IMG/VR virus record: IMGVR_UViG_3300046028_008994
Reading direction: 5' to 3' (one strand)
Source of the DNA: a virus
Length of the DNA: 64,000 bases
The translations under genes and the position numbers were made by a program. Below are positions 49,727 through 57,704 of the stretch, piece after piece; positions within the stretch are counted from its first letter, which is position 1, and every line of letters starts with the position of its first letter. The notes below the pieces were generated by a model. That model searched no databases and had not been told where the DNA came from. It saw only the letters and a program-made list of their open reading frames with translations.

Positions 49727-50953
49727 ATGGAATCAAAACAATTAATCAAAGTATTAGCGTTAGTCCTCGCTATCACGGTGGCTGTAATTATCAATCCGTT
49801 CTCATGGAATGATGCTACTGAAAGAACAGTAATTACCCAAATGAGTGGTAAACAATTTGTAGAATTTAAACCGGGTGTGTTTTATGCAGGTTTCTTTTCT
49901 AAAGAAACAACTTACCCAAATCAAATTTCAGTATCACATATGGATACTGCATTTAATGGTGATTATAGTTTAACAGATAACACATGTGAAATAGGAGTAA
50001 TCAAAGACGTTAGGTTTAATGATGCAACTACAGCAGTTATTTCAGGTATTACTCAGTATATTTTACCTCCAGGTGAAAAAGAAATGATTGAAATACATAA
50101 TGCTCATAGATCACCAGAATCATTTGTACAACGTAGATTAGCACCTTACACAATTGAATGTTTAAAATCAAGCGCTCAGTTAATGAGTTCTGAAGCCCAT
50201 TACAGTGGTGGTAGAGCCCAAATGACACAAGACTATATGGATCAACTTAGAAATGGTTCTTATTTATTAAATATTAGAGAATTAATTTTATATGATTCAT
50301 TAGAAAAATCAAATAAAAGAACATATGCTGTACAAATTCAAGTAAGTAAAGGTGGTGATAAATTAAGAAAATTCAGTTCAATTAAAGAATACTCTGTAAT
50401 TGTAGGTGATGCTCAAATAATTGATGTTGACTATGAGGTAAAAGTTGATGAAATGTTATCTAAGAAAATTGATGCCGCTACTAAAGCAAGTATTTCAAAA
50501 CAAGAATTAATGACTGCTCAACAAAAGCAATTAACAGCTGAAGCTCAAGGTAAACAAACATTGGTTGAGATTGAATATAAACAAAAACAAAATCAAACAA
50601 TTGAGGTAGTAAAAGCACAAACGTTAGTTGAATTAGCTAAACAGGATTTAATCAAACAAGAGATTGCTAGACAAGCCGCTGAAAAAGAAGCTGCTAAAAT
50701 TAAAATATTAGCAGATGCTCAAGCATATGAAAAACAAAGATTACTTCAAGCCGATGGTGCTTTGGAACAAAAGTTAAAAGCATATACAACAGTAATGGGA
50801 TATTGGTCCACAGCGTTTTCAAATCACCAACATCCATTAACACCAACGTTTATGATGGGTAGCGGAAATGGAGGTAATGCAGGAACGAATTTCATGGAAT
50901 TAATGAACATGAAAACAATGAAAGATTTAAATCTAGACTTCAAAACTAAATAA
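49727..50953 (+). CDS. SPFH/Band-7 family membrane protein
   Basis: N-terminal TM, VRFNDA, AE/AQ-rich coiled coil, ADGALEQKL. Confidence 0.75.
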   Translation: MESKQLIKVLALVLAITVAVIINPFSWNDATERTVITQMSGKQFVEFKPGVFYAGFFSKETTYPNQISVSHMDTAFNGDYSLTDNTCEIGVIKDVRFNDATTAVISGITQYILPPGEKEMIEIHNAHRSPESFVQRRLAPYTIECLKSSAQLMSSEAHYSGGRAQMTQDYMDQLRNGSYLLNIRELILYDSLEKSNKRTYAVQIQVSKGGDKLRKFSSIKEYSVIVGDAQIIDVDYEVKVDEMLSKKIDAATKASISKQELMTAQQKQLTAEAQGKQTLVEIEYKQKQNQTIEVVKAQTLVELAKQDLIKQEIARQAAEKEAAKIKILADAQAYEKQRLLQADGALEQKLKAYTTVMGYWSTAFSNHQHPLTPTFMMGSGNGGNAGTNFMELMNMKTMKDLNLDFKTK

Positions 50954-50977
50954 GAAACTTTAAAATATTTTCAAATT

Positions 50978-51011
50978 AAGGCTTGGTTATCCAGGCCTTT
51001 TTTTGTATATT
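50978..51011 (+). promoter_or_regulatory. Terminator-like hairpin plus promoter for the cassette array and thyA
   Basis: AAGGCTTGG-TTAT-CCAGGCCTT, TATATT at 51006. Confidence 0.75.
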
Positions 51012-51019
51012 TACGATAT

Positions 51020-51235
51020 ATGGATAAACAAAGATACACACAATCATTATCTTCAGAAGAATTCGAAGCAGCTTATGTAAAATACGCTTGTAATGAAGTC
51101 ACTCACAACACAATGACTCGAGGTGAATTTGCTAATTTGTTAGAAACAAATAAAGAATTTGCTAAAAGGTTTGTTCCTAATTATTTTGATAATACATTTG
51201 ATTGGTCTTATAATAACGAAACTGAAATAAAATAA
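51020..51235 (+). CDS. Hypothetical protein, distant match to ThyA insertion 1
   Basis: AYVKY...MTRGEFANLLETNKEFAKRF vs AYKNY...TQEEFINKIKTDDKFRHW. Confidence 0.5.
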   Translation: MDKQRYTQSLSSEEFEAAYVKYACNEVTHNTMTRGEFANLLETNKEFAKRFVPNYFDNTFDWSYNNETEIK

Positions 51236-51284
51236 TGTTCCAAACAAATCACAATAACATACAACAATAAAACAATAGAAAGTT

Positions 51285-51497
51285 ATGAAAATTAATAGAC
51301 CAAAAGATGGTGACTATAGATATAAAACTAAGTTTTTATGGTTCCCTAAAAGATTTGATGGCGGGTGGTATTGGTTAGAAATTGTAACCATTAGACAAGT
51401 ATATTTTTATTATGGACTAATCCCAGGATGGTATAATGTGTGTTTGTCAAACCCAGAATCAGGTCTCCCAATAAGTATTGACCCCATTAAAAAATAG
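51285..51497 (+). CDS. Hypothetical protein (cassette)
   Basis: FLWFPK....WYWLE pattern. Confidence 0.6.
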   Translation: MKINRPKDGDYRYKTKFLWFPKRFDGGWYWLEIVTIRQVYFYYGLIPGWYNVCLSNPESGLPISIDPIKK

Positions 51498-51503
51498 AAA
51501 GTT

Positions 51504-51857
51504 ATGAATAAAGAACAACAAGAATTATTGGATGAGGCTTATAAGAATTATTCTAAAAAAATGATGTATCATCCGGTGGAAAATTGGTTAGATGATGGAA
51601 ATGGTGAAAAAACTTACCGACAATTATCACAAGAAGAATTCATCAACAAATGTAAAAACGATACAGAGTTCTCTGGAAGGTGGGGATTAAAGATTGAAGA
51701 ACGAGAATTAGATATGATGGAAAGATGGAAGATAGCCGACCTAACACCTAATATGGAAGAATTTGATTTTGCTAATTATATGTGCGACAAACACAATGTA
51801 CCAACCAAACTAATCACAATAACATACAACGATAAAAAAATAGAAAGTTATGAATGA
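51504..51857 (+). CDS. ThyA-insert-like protein A
   Basis: Paralog of 52046; EAYKNY, QEEFINK, WG, EREL, NVPT blocks match ThyA inserts. Confidence 0.7.
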   Translation: MNKEQQELLDEAYKNYSKKMMYHPVENWLDDGNGEKTYRQLSQEEFINKCKNDTEFSGRWGLKIEERELDMMERWKIADLTPNMEEFDFANYMCDKHNVPTKLITITYNDKKIESYE

Positions 51858-52053
51858 AGAAGAAAAATTTGTAGATTGGATTGAAAGTCTAGTTGGTCGG
51901 GAAATTGTAGATTATAATATTAAACCAAAGTTTGATGATGACGGAAACGTTTTATCCTATGATATTATGGTACAGCCAAAAATGTCATTACAATATTTAG
52001 AGATTCCAATTACGATATCATCAACAGATAAAACAATAGAAAGTTATGAATAA
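51850..52053 (+). CDS. Hypothetical protein (cassette) ending DKTIESYE
   Basis: 67 aa ORF. Confidence 0.55.
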   Translation: MNEEEKFVDWIESLVGREIVDYNIKPKFDDDGNVLSYDIMVQPKMSLQYLEIPITISSTDKTIESYE

Positions 52054-52540
52054 AGAACAACAAGAATTATTGGATGAGGTTTATAAGAATTGGTGTAAAC
52101 AATTTGAAGTTGACCCCAATAATTTTAATGTGGATGAATTAGTTAAAGGACACGGTGACCAGTGTTGGGGTTATCCTATATTAGACCATGTTAAACCAAC
52201 ATCAAAAGAATATAAAAGAGGTCAAATAAACGCTTATTTAGAGGGTAAAGCAGATAGACCTTTCTTTTATTTATCAAAAGAAGAATTCATCAACAAATGT
52301 AAAACTGATATTGTGTTCTCTGAAAAGTGGGGATTAAAGATTGAAGAACGAGAGTTGAGTTTGGAAGAAAGATGTGATGAATATATTAAAATAAATCCAC
52401 AAGAAACAAATGATGGAGTATTGAATTACAAATGGATTGGAGACAATCTATGTACTCATGAAGATTACAATAAATGGAATATCCCAACCAAACTAATCAC
52501 AATCACATACAACGATAAAACAATAGAAAGTTATGAGTAA
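52046..52540 (+). CDS. ThyA-insert-like protein B
   Basis: EEFINKCKTD, WG, RELSLEERC, NIPT blocks match ThyA inserts. Confidence 0.7.
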   Translation: MNKEQQELLDEVYKNWCKQFEVDPNNFNVDELVKGHGDQCWGYPILDHVKPTSKEYKRGQINAYLEGKADRPFFYLSKEEFINKCKTDIVFSEKWGLKIEERELSLEERCDEYIKINPQETNDGVLNYKWIGDNLCTHEDYNKWNIPTKLITITYNDKTIESYE

Positions 52541-52814
52541 AAGAAAAGAAAAAAAAGACCGAATAAAACAAAGATGGGATGCACTTCAAACCGAGATTGA
52601 CAATTTATTTAATTCAATTATGTATGAATCATTTACAGAATGGAAGGGTATTATTGAAATCGAAATCATACAAATCATTAAGAAATATAATGTTGTGGCT
52701 TGGTATGGTAGAGAATTGAAAGTAATTACATCAATACACCCAGTTGATAATGAATACACTTTTGATGTTAGAACAATCAAAGGTAATTGGAGAGTAATGA
52801 AAATTATTAAATAA
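52533..52814 (+). CDS. Hypothetical protein (cassette)
   Basis: 93 aa ORF. Confidence 0.55.
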   Translation: MSKRKEKKDRIKQRWDALQTEIDNLFNSIMYESFTEWKGIIEIEIIQIIKKYNVVAWYGRELKVITSIHPVDNEYTFDVRTIKGNWRVMKIIK

Positions 52815-52833
52815 ATTAAGCTAATAGAAAGTT

Positions 52834-52983
52834 ATGAATGAAATACAATATTTTTTAAAAAAGGCAATAAGTTCTTGTAGAAAAGGTAAATTTTACTACA
52901 GACCTTGGAAACAATTACTAACTATTATTCTACTACAAATTAAATGTAGGATATTAACAGGAAAAACATTAGACAAACTATGA
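52834..52983 (+). CDS. Small hypothetical protein (49 aa), ATGA-coupled to thyA
   Basis: MNEIQYFLKK...TLDKL, starts in the sixth repeat. Confidence 0.5.
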   Translation: MNEIQYFLKKAISSCRKGKFYYRPWKQLLTIILLQIKCRILTGKTLDKL

Positions 52984-54149
52984 ACAATCTAGATAAACAA
53001 TACACAGACCTACTTCAAGACATTCTTGATAATGGTGTACAAAAAGGAGACCGCACAGGAACTGGAACCATTTCAGTATTCGGTAGACAAATTCGTCATA
53101 AAATGAGTGATGGTTTTCCATTACTTACAACTAAGAAGATGCCTTTCAAAACAATTGTAACTGAATTGTTATGGTTTTTAAGAGGTGATACAAACATTAA
53201 GTTCCTTGTGAATAATGGTTGTCATATTTGGGATGGTGATGCATATAAAAATTATTTGAATGTGGTTATGTTTGAAAAACCTGACTATCTACACGAAAAA
53301 CACGGGCATCTTAATATGAGTGTAAAAAAAGAAGGTGATAACTATCTACCATTTACACAAGAAGAATTTATCAATAAAATTAAAACTGATGATAAATTTA
53401 GACATTGGGGTGAGTTAGGTCCGATTTATGGTAAACAATGGAGGCGTTGGACTAAAAAGAAAATGTGGTTATCAACCGATGGCTCATATGAAAACATTTA
53501 TGATGAAGCTGACCAAACGGTTATTGACCAAATAGCTGGATTAATCAACGACCTTAAAACAAATCCAGATTCAAGACGATTGATGGTTAATGCTTGGAAT
53601 GTAGGTGAATTAGATGAAATGGTACTTCCACCTTGTCATTATGGATTTCAACTTTATACAAGAGAGTTGAGTTTTGATGAAAGATGTAAAATACAAATCG
53701 ATAGATTAGATGGGATGTATTCATCAGAAAAAGATTTGTTTATCCATCATTCAATTAATGCGGTAAAACAAATAAAAATGGATAAAAACAATATCCCAAC
53801 CAGAGCAATCTCTTTAATGTGGAATCAACGTTCAGTAGATACTGGGTTAGGATTAGGTTTTAATATAGCTAGTTATGGATTGTTATTAGAGATTTTTGCT
53901 AAAGAAGTAAATATGGTTCCTGATGAGCTTATAGGTAATTTAGGAGATGTACATTTGTATTTGGATCATGTAGAACCTATTAAAGAACAATTAACAAGAG
54001 AACCATTCCAATTACCTAAACTAAAAATTAAACAACATTCTATTGATGAACCAAGTCCTTTAACAAAACCTCAATATTGGCATCCTGATGATTTTGTAGT
54101 TGAAAATTACCAATCTCATCCTACTATTAAACTTCCCTTATCAAATTAA
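52980..54149 (+). CDS. thyA: Thymidylate synthase with three large insertions
   Basis: DRTGTGT, FPLLTTK, ELLWFL, GPIYG.QWR, SRR, LPPCH, QRS.D, FNIASY, HLY. Confidence 0.95.
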   Translation: MNNLDKQYTDLLQDILDNGVQKGDRTGTGTISVFGRQIRHKMSDGFPLLTTKKMPFKTIVTELLWFLRGDTNIKFLVNNGCHIWDGDAYKNYLNVVMFEKPDYLHEKHGHLNMSVKKEGDNYLPFTQEEFINKIKTDDKFRHWGELGPIYGKQWRRWTKKKMWLSTDGSYENIYDEADQTVIDQIAGLINDLKTNPDSRRLMVNAWNVGELDEMVLPPCHYGFQLYTRELSFDERCKIQIDRLDGMYSSEKDLFIHHSINAVKQIKMDKNNIPTRAISLMWNQRSVDTGLGLGFNIASYGLLLEIFAKEVNMVPDELIGNLGDVHLYLDHVEPIKEQLTREPFQLPKLKIKQHSIDEPSPLTKPQYWHPDDFVVENYQSHPTIKLPLSN

Positions 54150-54202
54150 TGTAGAAAATGTATTTTTCATATATTTATAATCAACGGAATGTTGATAGAT
54201 TT

Positions 54203-54982
54203 ATGGAAAATTATTATTTATATTATCATAAAAACCCACTAACTAAAGAGTTATTTTATATTGGGATAGGAACAAATAAAAGAGCATGGGATTTTACCTC
54301 AGGAAGAAATCCTCATTATAAAAATTATATTAAAAAACATGGTGAACCTATAGTGGATATAATTAAAGAAAATCTTACTAAAGAAGAAGCATGTTCTATT
54401 GAAATGGAATATATAGCTAAATATGGAAGAAAAGGAATAGAACCTAAAGGTATATTACTAAACAAAAGTATTGGAGGAGAGATTATTGCTTTAGGAAATA
54501 AATTTACTGAAGAGCAAAAACAAAAAATAGTTCAAGCTAAAACAGGACAAAAATATAATATACCTGAAGGAAGAGCCCATGGTAGTAAAGGTAAACCTAA
54601 ACCTGATGGATTTATGAGTGATGAAATAAAAGAAAAAATTAGCAAAGGAAATAAAGGAAAAAAACATAGTAAAATTCACAGTAATAAAGGAATACCTATC
54701 TCTGAAGATACTAAGCAAAAAATAAGTAAGGCTAATTCTAAACCCAAACCAGAAGGTTTTGGAAATACTATTAAACAAAATAGAAACCATAAATTAATAG
54801 GAGAAAAAAATAGTAAACCTATCATTCAATTAGATACTCAAAATAATATAATTTGTGAATTTAAATCTGTTAAAGAAGCACTTAAATATTTTAAAAAATC
54901 AATAAATAACTCTTGCATAACAGCTTGCCTAAAAGGAAGACAAAAAACAGCTTTTGAGTATGTTTGGAAATACAAAGAATAA
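54203..54982 (+). mobile_element. GIY-YIG-type homing endonuclease with NUMOD3/NUMOD1 (likely start MENYY)
   Basis: YLYYH....FYIGIG..KRA, E.E.I..YGR, LLN...GG, KPIIQLD..YVWKY. Confidence 0.8.
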
Positions 54983-54999
54983 TTCGTATATTAATAACA

Positions 55000-55212
55000 A
55001 TGATTAAATTAAAGTTAATAAATCCCGTAGGTGATATCGTTAAAGATATTGAATTATCAGAATGGACAGATATTGAAAGTTTTAAATCAAGTCATAGATT
55101 TATATTAGAGTCTAGCGATGGTTCAATATTCAATTACTCAGAAAAAGAATGGATGGAATTACCTCCTGATTATCAATCACACCCAACAATTAAAGCACCT
55201 TTATCTAATTAA
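55000..55212 (+). CDS. Hypothetical protein ending in a copy of the ThyA C-terminus
   Basis: ...DYQSHPTIKAPLSN vs ThyA NYQSHPTIKLPLSN. Confidence 0.6.
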   Translation: MIKLKLINPVGDIVKDIELSEWTDIESFKSSHRFILESSDGSIFNYSEKEWMELPPDYQSHPTIKAPLSN

Positions 55213-55227
55213 TTAATATTTATAATC

Positions 55228-55473
55228 ATGATAAAATTAACTGACATTTTGGATGAAATTAAAACAGATATCAATGAAATAAGCGATGTGAAATATGCTT
55301 ATTATATGCTTAAATATGATAATAATGAAAAAACATATATGACTAGTGGTTATCTTAAAGTATTAAGTTTTATAAGTAGTAATAATATAACTGATTACGA
55401 ATTATATGGTAGAAAATTTAATCCTAAAAATCGTTCAAATGAATGGGAATTTATTGAAAAAACTAATGTCTAA
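55228..55473 (+). CDS. Hypothetical protein with leader MIKLTDILDE
   Basis: ATATTTATA-ATC-ATG. Confidence 0.55.
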   Translation: MIKLTDILDEIKTDINEISDVKYAYYMLKYDNNEKTYMTSGYLKVLSFISSNNITDYELYGRKFNPKNRSNEWEFIEKTNV

Positions 55474-55972
55474 AATTCTTTACCTGTCAGATAATGAAGA
55501 TAATACTGTTGATGAAATTATCAAATCAATCTTAGAAATAAATGAGGAAGATCAAGGAACCGCATCACCACTTCCTATACACTTATATGTTAATTCATAT
55601 GGTGGTGAAGTTTATTTGTTTCTCGGTTTAATAGACATTATAAATGCGTCTAAAACGCCAGTTTATACATATGCTTTGGGAGCATCTATGAGTAGTGCTT
55701 TATTAGTCGTATTAGCAGGTCATAAGCGATTTGCATATAAACATTCAACATTTATGTACCATCAAATTAGTACTGGTGAATGGGGTACAACAAAACATCT
55801 AGAAGAAGATTTAGTTGAATCAAAACGTTTACAGAAAATAATTGACAATATTATTTTAACTAAGACTAAAATAACTAAACGACAATTAACAAGTATATAT
55901 AACAATAAAAAAGATTGGTATATGAATTCTGAAGATGCTTTAAAATATCAAATAATAGATACAATTATTTAA
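55466..55972 (+). CDS. clpP: ClpP-like protease subunit (likely start MSKILY)
   Basis: YVNSYGG, SMSSA (Ser), MYHQ (His), DWYM..EDA...IID. Confidence 0.85.
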   Translation: MSKILYLSDNEDNTVDEIIKSILEINEEDQGTASPLPIHLYVNSYGGEVYLFLGLIDIINASKTPVYTYALGASMSSALLVVLAGHKRFAYKHSTFMYHQISTGEWGTTKHLEEDLVESKRLQKIIDNIILTKTKITKRQLTSIYNNKKDWYMNSEDALKYQIIDTII

Positions 55973-56030
55973 AATAAACTTGGATTCCTAAATTCTATTT
56001 CGTATGTTGACATCATTAAATAAAAATAAT

Positions 56031-56225
56031 ATGTCAGAAAATAGTAGTAGCAGTAGTTTTGGTTTAGGAACAATTTTATTCATTATATTCTTAACCTTAA
56101 AATTAGGGGGTTGGGGTGTAGTAGCAACTTGGTCTTGGTGGTGGATATTTAGTCCGTTGTGGATTCCATTATTAATAGTATTAGGAATTGGTATTGTTGC
56201 ACTTATTGTACATATCTTAAAGTAA
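56031..56225 (+). CDS. Small membrane protein
   Basis: LTLKL.G...WSWWWIFSPLWIP. Confidence 0.7.
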   Translation: MSENSSSSSFGLGTILFIIFLTLKLGGWGVVATWSWWWIFSPLWIPLLIVLGIGIVALIVHILK

Positions 56226-56244
56226 AATAAAATAAATAAAGGTT

Positions 56245-56544
56245 ATGGAAGTTATAAAAGAAAAATGTCATCACTGCGGTAAAGAAAAAGAAAACTGTTA
56301 CCATGGATTTATAGCAATGACTATCCCTATTCCTGAAGCAGAAGCTTTAATTGACAAATGGAGTAGAAATAATTGGTGGTCTAATTTAGAAAGAACAGAT
56401 CTTAATGAAGAAGACTACAAAGAATTAGAAAGTCTTGCTACATATGATCAATTATTAAATACAGTTGGAAGAGGAATCCAATGTAATGAATGTGCAATAA
56501 AGGAAGAGGAATTATATAAAAAATATTACCCAAAAAATAAATAA
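56245..56544 (+). CDS. Hypothetical zinc-binding protein
   Basis: CHHC ... CNEC. Confidence 0.55.
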   Translation: MEVIKEKCHHCGKEKENCYHGFIAMTIPIPEAEALIDKWSRNNWWSNLERTDLNEEDYKELESLATYDQLLNTVGRGIQCNECAIKEEELYKKYYPKNK

Positions 56545-56549
56545 AGGTT

Positions 56550-57134
56550 ATGAGAATTTATAAACAAAATGAAGTAGACATGTCTGTAAAAGACATAACA
56601 TTTAATTACAAGGTTAAAAATGTATTAGCAGGATTATTTGTAGCTAGTGTAATGTTAATTGCTTTATCTTCTTTTATTCCAGTTAAACAAAACTTTATAA
56701 TTAAAACAGTTGTAGTTCATGATACTATTAAAGAGTTAGTTGTAATGAAACATGGATTAACAGAAATCACAGTAGATCGAAATGCGAATATTCCTACATT
56801 CTGTAACAATCCAGGAGCGTTAAGACCATCTTCAATTAAAGAGGTAAACAATTTAGCAATTGGTACTATTCAAGCACCATCAGGTGAGTTTTTACATTTT
56901 GCTAATGAGGAACATGGTTATAAAGCTTTGGAAATAGTATTGAAAAAAGTATATTGGAATACTTCAATTAAGGAATGTATTAAAAGGTATGCTCCATCAT
57001 TTGAAAATGATACTGAAGGTTATATTTCTAAAATAGTAAAGAAAATGAATATTAATCCAAACACATTAGTAAAGGATTGTAATATTAAAAAATTAATGAA
57101 AACAATAGCGGAAATAGAAGGATTTAAACAATAA
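56550..57134 (+). CDS. Membrane-anchored lysozyme-like/virion-type protein
   Basis: TM helix then NNPG.LR, F....G..AL, RYAP..ENDT..Y, IA.IEG. Confidence 0.55.
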   Translation: MRIYKQNEVDMSVKDITFNYKVKNVLAGLFVASVMLIALSSFIPVKQNFIIKTVVVHDTIKELVVMKHGLTEITVDRNANIPTFCNNPGALRPSSIKEVNNLAIGTIQAPSGEFLHFANEEHGYKALEIVLKKVYWNTSIKECIKRYAPSFENDTEGYISKIVKKMNINPNTLVKDCNIKKLMKTIAEIEGFKQ

Positions 57135-57652
57135 TGAAAAAATATATAAACATAATTAAAAACCTAATTAGATGGTTCCCAGTAATAGTAAAAGATAGAG
57201 ATTATGATGATTATTTTATCTTTGAAATACTTAAAACAAAACTCAAACACCAAGCCAAATACATTGGAGATAGAGATTGGCATACTCGAGCTAAAAGAGA
57301 TGCTGAAATAATGATGACTTGTGTTCGTTTGATTGAAAAAACTCAAGATGAATTTTATTCTGGAGATTACATGAATTATCATGAATCAAGATTTAATTGG
57401 TTAGATATTGAAGAAAGACCAGATTGTAAAGAATTAAAAATTGAACATATTTCTGAGGACTATGATTCTTATTTTGCAAAACATAAATCAGCTGTTAAAA
57501 GAGTTTTAGCAGATAAAAAATTACAAATATTTAAATTAAATGGTGATGATAAACAAAGATTAGCAATGAATTTAGGTTATTATAATGAAAAAAGAGCCCA
57601 AGATTTATTATTTAAGTTAATAAATAGAAATATTAGAGGATGGTGGGATTAG
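57134..57652 (+). CDS. Hypothetical protein
   Basis: W.P....DRDYD ... GWWD pattern. Confidence 0.6.
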   Translation: MKKYINIIKNLIRWFPVIVKDRDYDDYFIFEILKTKLKHQAKYIGDRDWHTRAKRDAEIMMTCVRLIEKTQDEFYSGDYMNYHESRFNWLDIEERPDCKELKIEHISEDYDSYFAKHKSAVKRVLADKKLQIFKLNGDDKQRLAMNLGYYNEKRAQDLLFKLINRNIRGWWD

Positions 57653-57704
57653 TTTGGAGATTTAAAAATTCGTTCGTATATTCACAATATAAATAAAAAT
57701 AAAA

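Larger units (their letters stand above)
51234..52837 (+). repeat. Six direct repeats of ATAGAAAGTTATGA at gene junctions, three extended to about 55 bp
   Basis: Copies at 51275, 51494, 51840, 52036, 52523, 52824; extended tails at 51234, 51795, 52478. Confidence 0.9.

Noticed and set aside
51234-52837. Repeat array as a CRISPR array
   Set aside because: Spacing is irregular (about 200-490 bp), the units are open reading frames, and the repeat is short and not palindromic.
51504-53801. Diversity-generating retroelement (template/variable repeats)
   Set aside because: No reverse transcriptase is in the window, and the differences are whole-loop replacements, not adenine-specific substitutions.
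52980-54149. ThyA insertions as inteins or introns, or the enzyme as a dCMP hydroxymethylase
   Set aside because: The inserts are short, in frame and lack intein C/S...HN ends. The specificity residue is Asn (FNIASY), as in dUMP-specific ThyA.
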